24,000 nucleotides of DNA from Labrys okinawensis (GTDB lineage Bacteria; Pseudomonadota; Alphaproteobacteria; Rhizobiales; Labraceae), in NCBI RefSeq assembly GCF_002982075.1, contig NZ_PUEJ01000012.1:150563-174562 (forward strand), read 5' to 3'. The position numbers and the translations under genes are program-made. The notes under the pieces were generated by a model. That model was not told where the DNA came from. It saw nothing but the letters and a program-made list of their open reading frames with translations, and ran no database searches. Below, piece by piece: positions 16,398 to 24,000 of this stretch. How positions within the stretch are numbered: the first letter of the stretch is position 1; every line of letters starts with the position of its first letter.

Positions 16398-16718
16398 GTT
16401 AGGGTCTACCCTCGGCTATGGTTTGGATTTGACGGGAGCGATTTTGGCCGAGGATGTCCGCAGTTGTGGAGCAAGTGCGCGGGAGTTCGAGGACGCAAGC
16501 CTTTCGGCTTGCTACGTTCGCCACAGGCAAAGCCTGTGGCTGATACGACGCGCTCATCGGCCAAAAGCGCCCCGCCGCCGAAGGCGGTGAGGTTAAAAAT
16601 GGTCGTCTGCAGCGTCGCTTCGCTTGCCAAGACGGGAGTCTGGGCAGCGCTGGCTCCTCCCATCCAATCATTTTTGACCTCATCAAATTCAAAATCATAG
16701 CCGAGGGTAGACCCTAAC
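16398..16718. mobile_element. MITE-like nonautonomous element: perfect 23-bp terminal inverted repeats, TA at both borders, no transposase
   Basis: The sequence 16398-16420 (gttagggtctaccctcggctatg) is the exact reverse complement of 16696-16718. Internal hairpins lie at 16495-16512, 16520-16540 and 16573-16589. The interior ORFs have weak third-position GC. Confidence 0.65.
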
Positions 16719-17301
16719 GCCCCGTCACTGTGATGATTTCGTTTTCGGTGGCGATGGCATCGAGCGGCACATCATGGTGCTCGGATGGCAGGAACGCGAC
16801 TTCCTGGCAGGCGAAGGCATAGCCGAGGGTGAAGACGGGATGCATCGCCCGCAACTGCGGAATGGTGCGGTCGTAGAAGCCCGCGCCATAGCCGATGCGG
16901 TAGCCGCGGCGGTCGAAGGCGACGGGCGGCACCAGGAGCACCTGGGGATGGACTTCCTCCGCCTCGGGCGAGGGTTCGGGGATGTTGTGGCGTCCGACCA
17001 CCAGCGGGTCGCCAGGCGCCCAGGCGCGGAAGGTGAGCGGGTGGCCGTATTTCGGCGTGGTCGGCAGCGCCAGCTTGCGGCCGGCATGGTGCAGGCGCTC
17101 GGCCACTTCGTCCGGATGGATCTCGTCGCGAAAGGCCTGATAGAGGCCGACGATGCCGCTGGTGTATTTCAGGCGGCTGAAGGCGTGATGGGCGGCTCTC
17201 GCCGTCGCTGCCTGGCGCTGATGACCGCGGATCTCTGAACGCGCCGCCATCGCCTTGTGGCGCAACTGGGTCTTGTGATCGGTGGAGGCCATTACGCGCA
17301 T
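16714..17301 (-). CDS. ygfA: 5-formyltetrahydrofolate cyclo-ligase
   Basis: 195-aa ORF containing GYRIGYGAGFYDR, the family signature. Located downstream of the 6S RNA candidate, as in E. coli ssrS-ygfA. The start is ATG 17301 or 17292, and no clear SD precedes either. The stop (TAG, 16714-16716) lies inside the right TIR of the MITE-like element. Confidence 0.88.
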   Translation of the reverse strand: MRVMASTDHKTQLRHKAMAARSEIRGHQRQAATARAAHHAFSRLKYTSGIVGLYQAFRDEIHPDEVAERLHHAGRKLALPTTPKYGHPLTFRAWAPGDPLVVGRHNIPEPSPEAEEVHPQVLLVPPVAFDRRGYRIGYGAGFYDRTIPQLRAMHPVFTLGYAFACQEVAFLPSEHHDVPLDAIATENEIITVTGR

Positions 17302-17343
17302 GAAAAGAGGAGGGAGCGGGCCACCTCGGCCGTTGGACGGTTC

Positions 17344-17551
17344 GATCCCGGGCGCCTACTGATGTAGGTGGGCGCCGTAATGTCCAAGCCCTCGAGCGAG
17401 AACAGTGACAGCTCCCTTGGGAGTCGTATGGCCCCGGGGATACAGTTGTCCTGACGAACCAGGCAGCACCGCGCCGAGATAATAGGGTCGAGACGATGCG
17501 AGCGCCAGAGGGCGATGAAAATATTGCTGAGAGCGCGAACGGCCCGGGATC
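17344..17551 (-). ncRNA. ssrS: Candidate 6S RNA (ssrS); ends approximate
   Basis: zapA-[RNA]-ygfA synteny as in E. coli. The minus strand contains GUUCGC...UCAGCAAUAUUUUCAUCGCC...GGCGCUC, resembling E. coli GUUCGC...UGAGCCGAUAUUUCAUACC...GGCGCUC. A 10-bp closing stem pairs GAUCCCGGGC (17551-17542) with GCCCGGGAUC (17353-17344). A small 3'-side hairpin is CCUAC-AUCA-GUAGG. I have not verified a full fold. Confidence 0.55.
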
Positions 17552-17608
17552 GCAGGCATCCCGAGATCCCGGAAAAGACAAAGACGCGTCTAACCAATGA
17601 GTTAGGGC

Positions 17609-17632
17609 AAATAAGCGTTCACACTTGAACGC
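17609..17632 (-). terminator. Weak Rho-independent terminator after zapA
   Basis: The minus strand reads gcgttca-agtg-tgaacgc followed by ttattt, beginning 9 nt after the zapA stop. Confidence 0.55.
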
Positions 17633-17640
17633 GCTTTGCT

Positions 17641-18006
17641 CTAGACGCCGGTCTTCGACAGGGAATCGATCAGCTTCTCGACCCGGCTGGCGGCGTCGGT
17701 CAAGGCCTGAGTCACGCGCATCTGGGTCTGCTGCTCGCGCTGCAGGGCATTGTCGCGGGTCTGGCGCAATTCATCGAGATCCTGCTGCAGGGTTGCTGCC
17801 CGCCGCTGCATTTCCGACAGTTCGTCCGCGACCATGATGCCGGCCATCACGGCCAGGCGCATGTCACCGATCTCGCCGAAAGAGGAACGCAGGGCATCGA
17901 TCTTGGCGTCGAGCTGACGACCGAGGCCGAGGAGATGTTCCTCCTGGCCCTCGTCGCACGCCATGCGATAGGCACGGCCTGCAATGGTGACGGATACATG
18001 CGCCAT
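17641..18006 (-). CDS. zapA: Cell division protein ZapA
   Basis: 121 aa from ATG 18006 (MAHVSVTIAGRAYRMACDEGQEEHL...), a ZapA-type N-terminal domain plus a C-terminal coiled coil. The start lies 1 nt after the stop of the upstream gene (TAG C ATG). The 156-aa ORF-track version is an out-of-context extension. Confidence 0.85.
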   Translation of the reverse strand: MAHVSVTIAGRAYRMACDEGQEEHLLGLGRQLDAKIDALRSSFGEIGDMRLAVMAGIMVADELSEMQRRAATLQQDLDELRQTRDNALQREQQTQMRVTQALTDAASRVEKLIDSLSKTGV

Positions 18007-18007
18007 G

Positions 18008-18313
18008 CTAGCTGTCCTGCGGCTCAAGCACGTAACGGATGGAATCCATCGCCTGGTCGAGGCGTCGCGATACGTCGCGATTGGCGGTTTCCATCGCAGC
18101 GAAACGTGCATAGCTCGCGTCGAGTTCCAAGGCCAGGCGATTGCGGTCTTCCGAGAGCGCCTGCACTTCGATGCGATGTCCGCCGATGGTGCGGTCGAGT
18201 TCCGCGCGATGCTCGGCGGCCTCCTCGAGCTTGGCCAGGGCCGTATTCAATCGTTGCAAGGCTGCATCCACAGACAAGGGCCTACTCACTCTTTCCCTAT
18301 CGCGGCATTCCAT
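18008..18313 (-). CDS. Small coiled-coil protein upstream of zapA (DUF4164 / ZauP-like ZapA partner by synteny)
   Basis: The roughly 100-aa product is predicted to be almost entirely heptad-like helix (LQRLNTALAKLEEAAEHRAELDRT..., LALELDASYARFAAME). It is translationally coupled to zapA. I recall that Caulobacter encodes the coiled-coil ZapA partner ZauP next to zapA. The start codon is uncertain. Confidence 0.6.
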   Translation of the reverse strand: MECRDRERVSRPLSVDAALQRLNTALAKLEEAAEHRAELDRTIGGHRIEVQALSEDRNRLALELDASYARFAAMETANRDVSRRLDQAMDSIRYVLEPQDS

Positions 18314-18475
18314 CGAATCATGACGGCGCCGCTCCGCGTTTTTGCTTAAATATCAAAGTATCGCGGTTTCGCACCGCGGCCAAGCGAAAGCCGCCGGCCT
18401 TCCCCTGATGATACCTCTGGCTTTCGATCGCCTCACCGCCGGTTGCGTGAATTTCAGGCACAAGCCTGGGGATCA

Positions 18476-18503
18476 TTGACAGTCGGGGATGAGGTGCTAA
18501 GAA
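18476..18503 (+). promoter_or_regulatory. Candidate sigma70-type promoter for tkt
   Basis: TTGACA (18476-18481), a 16-nt spacer and TAAGAA (18498-18503), about 50 nt upstream of the tkt ATG. Confidence 0.35.
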
Positions 18504-18554
18504 CCCACCGCCCTTTTTTGCCAAATTCCGGCGAATTTCATCAGGAAACACTCC

Positions 18555-20543
18555 ATGGCACTCACCGAAATGCAGAACCGCCTGGCCAATGCCATCCGTG
18601 GCTTGGCGATTGATGGAGTTGAGGCAGCCAAATCCGGCCATCCCGGCATGCCCATGGGCATGGCCGATGTCGCCACCGTCCTTTTCACGCGTTTCTTGAA
18701 GTTCGATGCCGCCAATCCGCATTGGGCCGACCGCGACCGCTTCATCCTGTCGGCGGGCCATGGCTCGATGCTGCTCTATTCGCTGCTTTACCTGACCGGC
18801 GTGCCGGGCATGACGGTCGAGGAGCTCAAGCATTTCCGCCAGCTCGGCCACAAGACCCCCGGGCATCCGGAGAATTTCCACACCGTCGGCGTCGAGACCA
18901 CCACCGGCCCGCTCGGGCAAGGCATCTCCACCGCCGTGGGCTTTGCCTTCGCCGAGAAGATGCTGGCCGCCCAGTTCGGCAAGAAGGTGGTCGACCATTA
19001 CACCTATGTGCTGGCTTCCGACGGCGACCTGATGGAAGGCGTCAGCCAGGAGGCGATCGCGCTCGCCGGCCATTACAAGCTCAACAAGATGATCGTGCTG
19101 TGGGATCATAACGGCATCTCCATCGACGGCCCGCTGACGCTTTCGGACTCGGTCGACCAGATCAAGCGCTTCCAGGCCGCCGGCTGGCGCGCCGTGAATG
19201 TCGACGGCCATGACCAGGATGCCGTCGCGGCCGCCATCGAGGCTGCCCAGAAGTCGAACAAGCCGACCCTGATCGCCTGCAAGACCACCATCGGTTTCGG
19301 TTCGCCCCATCGCGCCGGCACCTCCAAGGCCCATGGCGAGCCGCTCGGGCCGGAAGAGGCCAAGCTCTCCAAGGAGAATCTCGGCATCACCGGCGCCCCC
19401 TTCGAGGTGCCCGCCGACGTGCTCAAGGCCTGGCGCGAAGCCGGCTCGCGTGGCGCCACTGCCCGCCAAGCCTGGGAAGAGCGTTTTGCCACCCTCTCCG
19501 AGCGCAAGCAGGCCGAATTCAACCGCCGCATGGGCCATGTGCGCCCCGCCAAGCTCGGCAAGGCCATTCTCGCCCACAAGAAGGCCCTGGCCGCTGCCCC
19601 CACCGCAATGGCGACGCGCAAGTCTTCCGAGGCCGCCCTCAATGCCATCGTCGAGGTCATGCCGGAACTGGTGCTCGGCTCGGCCGACCTGACGCCTTCC
19701 AACAACACCAAGGCCAAGGGCCTGGTCGAGATCACGCCGAAGGACTTCAAGGGCCGCTATATCCATTGGGGCATCCGCGAGCACGGCATGGCCGCGGCGA
19801 TGAACGGCATCTACCTGCATGGCGGCTTCGTTCCCGCCGGCGGCACCTTCTTCGTCTTCACCGACTATGCCCGTCCCGCCATCCGCCTTGCGGCGCTGAT
19901 GGGAACCGCGCCGGTCTACGTCATGACCCATGACTCGATCGGCCTCGGCGAGGATGGTCCGACTCACCAGCCGGTCGAGCATCTGGCCGCCTGCCGTGCG
20001 ATTCCGAACATGCGGGTGTTCCGTCCCTGCGATGCGATCGAGACGGCCGAATGCTGGCAACTCGCGCTCGAGCGCACCAATGGGCCGACCATCCTGGCGC
20101 TGACCCGCCAGAACCTGCCTTTGCTGCGCGAAGCCACGACGGCCAATCTGTGCGCTCAGGGCGCCTATGAGCTGGCCGGCACCGGCGGCGGCAAGGCCGC
20201 GGTGACGCTGTTCGCTTCGGGCTCCGAGGTCGAGATCGCCATGAATGCCCGCGCCATACTCAATCAGCGCGGCGTGCCGACCCGCGTGGTCTCGGTGCCT
20301 TCGCTGGAGCTGTTCATCGCGCAGTCTGAAGAGGTCAAGGCCAAGATCATCGGCGACGCGCCGGTGAAGGTCGCGGTGGAAGCGGCCGTCCGCTTCGGCT
20401 GGGACGCCGTGATCGGCATCGACGGAGGCTTCGTCGGCATGACCGGCTTCGGCGCCTCCGGCCCGATCAAGGACCTCTACAACCATTTTGGCATCACGGC
20501 GGAAGCCGTGGCCGAAACCGCCCTGCGCCGCCACAACGGCTGA
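18555..20543 (+). CDS. tkt: Transketolase
   Basis: 662-aa ORF with N-terminal ...[28 protein letters not shown], the ThDP motif [13 protein letters not shown] and further typical blocks. Confidence 0.97.
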   Translation: MALTEMQNRLANAIRGLAIDGVEAAKSGHPGMPMGMADVATVLFTRFLKFDAANPHWADRDRFILSAGHGSMLLYSLLYLTGVPGMTVEELKHFRQLGHKTPGHPENFHTVGVETTTGPLGQGISTAVGFAFAEKMLAAQFGKKVVDHYTYVLASDGDLMEGVSQEAIALAGHYKLNKMIVLWDHNGISIDGPLTLSDSVDQIKRFQAAGWRAVNVDGHDQDAVAAAIEAAQKSNKPTLIACKTTIGFGSPHRAGTSKAHGEPLGPEEAKLSKENLGITGAPFEVPADVLKAWREAGSRGATARQAWEERFATLSERKQAEFNRRMGHVRPAKLGKAILAHKKALAAAPTAMATRKSSEAALNAIVEVMPELVLGSADLTPSNNTKAKGLVEITPKDFKGRYIHWGIREHGMAAAMNGIYLHGGFVPAGGTFFVFTDYARPAIRLAALMGTAPVYVMTHDSIGLGEDGPTHQPVEHLAACRAIPNMRVFRPCDAIETAECWQLALERTNGPTILALTRQNLPLLREATTANLCAQGAYELAGTGGGKAAVTLFASGSEVEIAMNARAILNQRGVPTRVVSVPSLELFIAQSEEVKAKIIGDAPVKVAVEAAVRFGWDAVIGIDGGFVGMTGFGASGPIKDLYNHFGITAEAVAETALRRHNG

Positions 20544-20585
20544 GCATGAGCTGTAAGCGGGCGAGGCGTGCCCAGGCGCGCTTTG

Positions 20586-20654
20586 CTCTAACTCTTTGTT
20601 TTGATGCGTTTTCCTAATCGAGAAGTCGATCGGCTTTCCCGGAAAATGCTCTAG
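20586..20654 (+). repeat. Dispersed intergenic repeat, copy B (tkt-gap spacer)
   Basis: Homologous to 11248-11316. The outer stem is gcgttttcc/ggaaaatgc (20606-14 / 20641-49). Inner alternatives are atcga-gaag-tcgat or gaagtc/ggcttt. It ends 27 nt before the gap ATG. Confidence 0.75.
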
Positions 20655-20680
20655 CTGAAGGCAGAGAAAGGAAATATCGG

Positions 20681-21691
20681 ATGACAGTTCGTGTCGCCAT
20701 CAACGGCTTTGGCCGCATCGGCCGCAACATCCTGCGCGCCATCGTCGAGGGCAAGCGCAAGGATATCGAGGTCGTCGCCATCAACGACCTCGGGCCGGTG
20801 GAGACCAACGCCCATCTGCTGCGCTACGATTCGATCCACGGCACCTTCCCGGCCGAGGTGAAGGTCGAGGGCGATTCCATCGTCGTGCAGGGCAAGAAGA
20901 TCAAGGTCACCGCTATCAAGGATCCGGCCCAGCTTCCTCACAAGGAGCTGAACATCGATATCGCGATGGAGTGCACCGGCATCTTTACCGCGCGTGACAA
21001 GGCCGCTGCCCACCTCAAGGCGGGCGCCAAGCGCGTGATCGTCTCGGCCCCCAGCGACGGTGCCGATCTCACCGTGGTCTATGGCGTCAACCACCAGGAC
21101 CTGACCAAGGATCATCTGGTCATCTCCAACGCCTCCTGCACCACCAACTGCCTGACGCCGGTTGCCAAGGTGCTGCACGACGCCTTCGGCATCGAGCGCG
21201 GCTTCATGACCACGATCCATTCCTACACCAACGACCAGCCCTCGCTGGATCAGATGCACAAGGATCTCTACCGAGCCCGCGCCGCGGCGCTGTCGATGAT
21301 CCCGACCTCGACGGGCGCCGCCAAGGCCGTCGGCCTGGTGATGCCCGAGCTGAAGGGCCGCCTCGACGGCACCTCGATCCGCGTGCCCACCCCCAACGTC
21401 TCGGTGGTCGACCTCAAGTTCAACACCCGGAAGAGGACCAGCGTCGAGAAGGTCAACGAGGCCATCATCAAGGCCTCCAAGCGCGGCCCGCTCAAGGGCG
21501 TGCTGGCCTATACCGACGAGCCGCTGGTGAGTCGTGACTTCAACCACCACCCGGCGTCCTCGATCTTCGCGCTGGACCAGACCAAGGTCATCGACGAGAA
21601 GTTCGTGCGCATCCTGACCTGGTACGACAATGAGTGGGGCTTCTCGAACCGCATGGCCGACACGGCGGTGCATTTCGCCAGCCTGATCTGA
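20681..21691 (+). CDS. gap: Glyceraldehyde-3-phosphate dehydrogenase
   Basis: 336-aa ORF with NGFGRIGR, the active site [10 protein letters not shown] and C-terminal [11 protein letters not shown]. Confidence 0.97.
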   Translation: MTVRVAINGFGRIGRNILRAIVEGKRKDIEVVAINDLGPVETNAHLLRYDSIHGTFPAEVKVEGDSIVVQGKKIKVTAIKDPAQLPHKELNIDIAMECTGIFTARDKAAAHLKAGAKRVIVSAPSDGADLTVVYGVNHQDLTKDHLVISNASCTTNCLTPVAKVLHDAFGIERGFMTTIHSYTNDQPSLDQMHKDLYRARAAALSMIPTSTGAAKAVGLVMPELKGRLDGTSIRVPTPNVSVVDLKFNTRKRTSVEKVNEAIIKASKRGPLKGVLAYTDEPLVSRDFNHHPASSIFALDQTKVIDEKFVRILTWYDNEWGFSNRMADTAVHFASLI

Positions 21692-21716
21692 GCGGCACGC
21701 TCGAATTGAGTTGAAG

Positions 21717-21751
21717 ACGGCGCTCCGGGAAACCGGGGCGCCGTTTCTGTT
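21717..21751 (+). terminator. Rho-independent terminator of gap
   Basis: acggcgctccgg-gaaa-ccggggcgccgt forms a 12-bp stem with one G-U, followed by ttctgtt. Confidence 0.75.
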
Positions 21752-21799
21752 GTGCGATGTGGTAGGATCGGCGTGTGCTGCTGATCAAGGGGGCGTGCG

Positions 21800-21991
21800 A
21801 TGGGGGACACGTTTGTCGGGCTGCTGGGCCTTGTGGCACTGGCGGGCTTTCTGTTTCTCGCCTTCAGGCACACGCTGCCTTTCCATTATCGCACGCGCGA
21901 GAGAAGTGAGATCAATCGGCACAGCAGCCATGGTGAAACTGAAAATCGCAGCAATTGGTCGAATCTGAATCACCATTCAAACACGGAGTGA
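21800..21991 (+). CDS. Hypothetical small single-pass membrane protein (63 aa); existence uncertain
   Basis: AAGGGGG lies 6 nt upstream of the ATG. The N-terminal hydrophobic helix FVGLLGLVALAGFLFLAF is followed by a basic, His/Asn/Ser-rich tail. Third-position GC is fair in the first half and drops in the second. Confidence 0.3.
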   Translation: MGDTFVGLLGLVALAGFLFLAFRHTLPFHYRTRERSEINRHSSHGETENRSNWSNLNHHSNTE

Positions 21992-22230
21992 AGCGGCGGG
22001 CGTTTGCCCTCCAAGACATCTACGCTCCCAGGCCCATTGCCTGGCCGGCGACGCAATTTCAGCCCGTTTCTTACGTTCACCGCTGGATCGATCCGCCCGC
22101 TTGCTCTATTGCTCGCCGGTGATTTTGCGAGGCGGGCGGGGTGTGCTAGGGCGTGTGTTCGGTATGGGTTGGTGCCAATCCATGCTGACGACCTGGGCAC
22201 CTTGCCGAAAAACAGATGGACAGGACAGGC

Positions 22231-23421
22231 ATGAGCGCTTTTCGCACCCTCGACGACGTGAATGTGGAAAACAAGCGCGTTCTGGTACGCGTCGACCTGA
22301 ACGTCCCGATGGAGAAGGGTGTCGTCAGCGATGCCACCCGCATCGAGCGCATCATCCCCACCATCCTGGAGCTCGCCCGCGCCAAGGCCAAGGTCATCCT
22401 GCTCGCCCATTTCGGCCGGCCCAAGGGTGTGGACCCCAAGGAGAGCCTGAAGCCGGTTGCCGCCAAGCTCGCGGAGGTGGCCAAGCGCCCCGTCGCCTTC
22501 GCCGAGGATTGCATCGGCGAGGTGGCGGCCAAGGCTGTCGCCGCCCTGCAGCCGGGCGACATCCTCTGCCTGGAGAACACCCGTTTCCACCCCGGCGAGG
22601 AGAAGAATGATCCCGAATTCGCCAAGGCGCTGGCTGCCAATGGCGACATCTGGGTGAATGACGCCTTCTCGGCGGCCCATCGCGCTCATGCCTCGACCGA
22701 AGGTCTCGGGCACCTCCTGCCGGCCTATGCCGGGCGCACCATGCAGGCCGAGATCGAGGCTCTCTCGCGCGCACTCGAACAGCCCAAGCGCCCTGTCGTC
22801 GCCGTGGTCGGCGGCGCCAAGGTCTCGACCAAGCTCGAGCTTCTCGGCAATCTCGTCGCCAAGGTCGACGCCCTCATCATCGGCGGCGGCATGGCCAACA
22901 CCTTCCTGCATGCCCAGGGCGTCGGGGTCGGCAAGTCGCTGGCCGAGCGCGACCTCGGCGATACTGCCCGCTCCATCCTCGCCAAGGCTGAGAAGGCCAA
23001 TTGCGCCATCATCCTGCCCGTCGATGCGGTGGTGGCCTATCATTTCGCCGCCGATGCGCCGAACCATGCGTATGGGCTGGATTCCATACCGCTCGACGGC
23101 ATGATCCTCGATGCCGGCCCGCAATCGGTGGAGCGCATCAAGGGCGCCATCGACGAGGCGGAGACGCTGGTGTGGAACGGCCCGCTGGGGGCCTTCGAAC
23201 TGCATCCCTTCGATCATGGCACGGTGGCGGCCGCCAAGCATGTCGCAGCGCGCACCAAGGCCGGCAAGCTGCTCTCGGTCGCCGGCGGCGGCGACACGGT
23301 GGCGGCGCTCAATCACGCCAATGTGGCCGAGCAGTTCTCCTATGTCTCGACGGCGGGCGGTGCCTTCCTCGAATGGCTGGAGGGCAAGCCGCTGCCGGGC
23401 GTGGAGATCCTGCGCGCCTGA
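22231..23421 (+). CDS. pgk: Phosphoglycerate kinase
   Basis: 396 aa from ATG 22231 ([26 protein letters not shown]...), with AGGACAGG upstream. Typical blocks include HFGRPKG and GGGDTVAA. I consider the start at 22216 less likely. Confidence 0.96.
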   Translation: MSAFRTLDDVNVENKRVLVRVDLNVPMEKGVVSDATRIERIIPTILELARAKAKVILLAHFGRPKGVDPKESLKPVAAKLAEVAKRPVAFAEDCIGEVAAKAVAALQPGDILCLENTRFHPGEEKNDPEFAKALAANGDIWVNDAFSAAHRAHASTEGLGHLLPAYAGRTMQAEIEALSRALEQPKRPVVAVVGGAKVSTKLELLGNLVAKVDALIIGGGMANTFLHAQGVGVGKSLAERDLGDTARSILAKAEKANCAIILPVDAVVAYHFAADAPNHAYGLDSIPLDGMILDAGPQSVERIKGAIDEAETLVWNGPLGAFELHPFDHGTVAAAKHVAARTKAGKLLSVAGGGDTVAALNHANVAEQFSYVSTAGGAFLEWLEGKPLPGVEILRA

Positions 23422-23431
23422 GCGGGCGGTA

Positions 23432-23451
23432 CCCTCACCTGGAGGGGAGGG
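23432..23451. repeat. Short GC hairpin of the CCCTCNCC...GGGGAGGG type, copy 1
   Basis: ccctcacc-tgga-ggggaggg begins 11 nt after the pgk stop. No T-run follows. Confidence 0.6.
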
Positions 23452-23561
23452 GCGATGCGAAACCTTGGCGTGGGGCAGCTTCTTCGCACGAATCGCGCTC
23501 TGTCCAGGATCATTTTCGAGAATTGAGGGCCACGTCATCCCGCCCTGGCCTTGCAGGCCGA

Positions 23562-23582
23562 CCCTCCCCGTCCAGGGGAGGG
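23562..23582. repeat. Short GC hairpin of the CCCTCNCC...GGGGAGGG type, copy 2
   Basis: ccctcccc-gtcca-ggggaggg forms a perfect 8-bp stem. The arm motif is the same as at 23432 and as in the terminator stem at 3481-3510. Confidence 0.6.
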
Positions 23583-23617
23583 TGTAAGATCCGCCCCATG
23601 CCCCTGGAGACCTCGCA

Positions 23618-24000
23618 ATGGCACGCATCACCCTTCGCCAGCTGCTCGACCATGCCGCCGAGCACGGCTATGGCGTCCCGGCCTTCAACATCAACAATAT
23701 GGAACAGGTGATCGCCATCATGGAGGCCGCCAAGGCCACCGGTTCGCCGGTGATCATGCAGGCCTCGCGCGGTGCGCGCCAATATGCCAACGACATCATG
23801 CTGACCAAGATGATGGATGCGGCGGTCGAGATCTATCCGGACATTCCGGTCTGCGTGCACCAGGACCATGGCAACAACGAAGCTACCTGCCTGACCGCCA
23901 TCCAGGCCGGCTTCACCTCGGTGATGATGGACGGTTCGCTCAAGGAGGACGGCAAGACGCCGGCCGACTATGCCTATAATGCGGGCATCACCCGCCGTGT
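23618..24000 (+). CDS. fba: Class II fructose-bisphosphate aldolase, 3'-truncated by the window edge
   Basis: Not in the ORF track because there is no stop within the window. My translation from ATG 23618 gives [54 protein letters not shown]...VHQDHGN...SVMMDGS, which is class II FBA. GGAGA lies 8 nt upstream. Confidence 0.9.
   Translation, partial: MARITLRQLLDHAAEHGYGVPAFNINNMEQVIAIMEAAKATGSPVIMQASRGARQYANDIMLTKMMDAAVEIYPDIPVCVHQDHGNNEATCLTAIQAGFTSVMMDGSLKEDGKTPADYAYNAGITRR

Noticed and set aside
16399-16698. 99-aa ORF running from one TIR to the other inside the MITE-like element (also the 85-aa ORF at 16406-16663)
   Set aside because: Third-position GC is clearly lower than in neighbouring genes, roughly half over the codons I tallied for the 99-aa frame and about 60% for the 85-aa frame. 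There is no SD and no recognisable motif, and the ORF is defined by ATG/TAA triplets that are part of the inverted repeats. It is most likely fortuitous, though a homology search is still listed as a check.
17335-17352. GGTTCGATCCCGG on the plus strand, reminiscent of a tRNA T-arm
   Set aside because: The flanking bases do not form a T-stem (gacgg versus ccggg), and no acceptor, D or anticodon arms can be drawn. The segment is the antisense of the predicted 6S RNA 3' closing stem.
17629-17641. The 13-mer gcgctttgctcta, shared with 20578-20590 at the edge of repeat copy B, which could hint at a third copy of the dispersed repeat
   Set aside because: The rest of 17585-17645 aligns poorly with copies A and B. 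A few exact 13-mer matches are expected by chance in 24 kb on both strands, and more so with GC bias. The same reasoning applies to the 12-mer cacgtcatcccg, shared between 23531-23542 and the reverse complement of 7849-7860.
18318-20534. 738-aa minus-strand ORF, with similar very long ORFs at 4685-6415 (+), 21970-23631 (-), 20651-21673 (-), 2070-3200 (-), 3494-4711 (-), 6751-7842 (-), 15474-16700 (+), 11387-12505 (+) and 12601-13296 (+)
   Set aside because: Each lies antisense to, or out of frame with, a confidently recognised gene (tkt, cysA, pgk, gap, tolB, yfeH, cysT/cysW, ymdB, ruvB, ruvA). Their translations are Arg/Gly/Ala/Pro-rich low-complexity strings with no recognisable motifs. These are typical stop-codon-poor shadow frames of high-GC DNA.
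22160-22200. Sigma-54-like strings upstream of pgk (tggtgccaatccatgc and tgggcaccttgcc)
   Set aside because: The GG and GC dinucleotides are not at the required -24/-12 spacing (off by one or more positions), and the flanking consensus bases are poor.

Overview
This is a high-GC chromosomal core segment (roughly two-thirds G+C by eye, not computed) with alphaproteobacterial, Rhizobiales-like gene content and order. Plus strand: tolR-tolA-tolB. Next comes a ~7-kb minus-strand block holding a yfeH-like BASS transporter, cysA-cysW-cysT, and two tandem sulfate/thiosulfate-binding-protein paralogs. Then pal on the plus strand. A long minus-strand housekeeping run follows: ruvB, ruvA, an isocitrate-lyase/PEP-mutase-superfamily gene, ruvC, yebC, ymdB-like phosphoesterase, 5-formyl-THF cyclo-ligase, a candidate 6S RNA, zapA, and a small coiled-coil gene. 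The window ends with the plus-strand cluster tkt-gap-pgk-fba (fba truncated by the window edge). I found no CRISPR array, transposase, integrase, toxin-antitoxin pair, restriction or other recognisable defence system, rRNA or tRNA. I do not think a large novel protein system is hidden here; every long unexplained ORF is a GC-driven shadow of a recognisable gene. What the gene list does not explain lies in the intergenic DNA: (1) a 321-bp MITE-like element with perfect 23-bp terminal inverted repeats, sitting exactly between the ygfA stop and the ymdB start; (2) two inverted copies of a ~90-bp palindromic repeat flanking ruvC plus the non-ruv gene; (3) a ~65-nt dispersed repeat with conserved nested hairpins, found after pal and before gap; (4) a 134-nt nested-hairpin element between the binding-protein gene and cysT; (5) a conserved promoter/operator-like block shared by the two binding-protein paralogs; (6) a tol-pal cluster split by the sulfate-uptake block. 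All calls come from reading the sequence and ORF translations and from recalled family signatures. No searches or folding programs were run.
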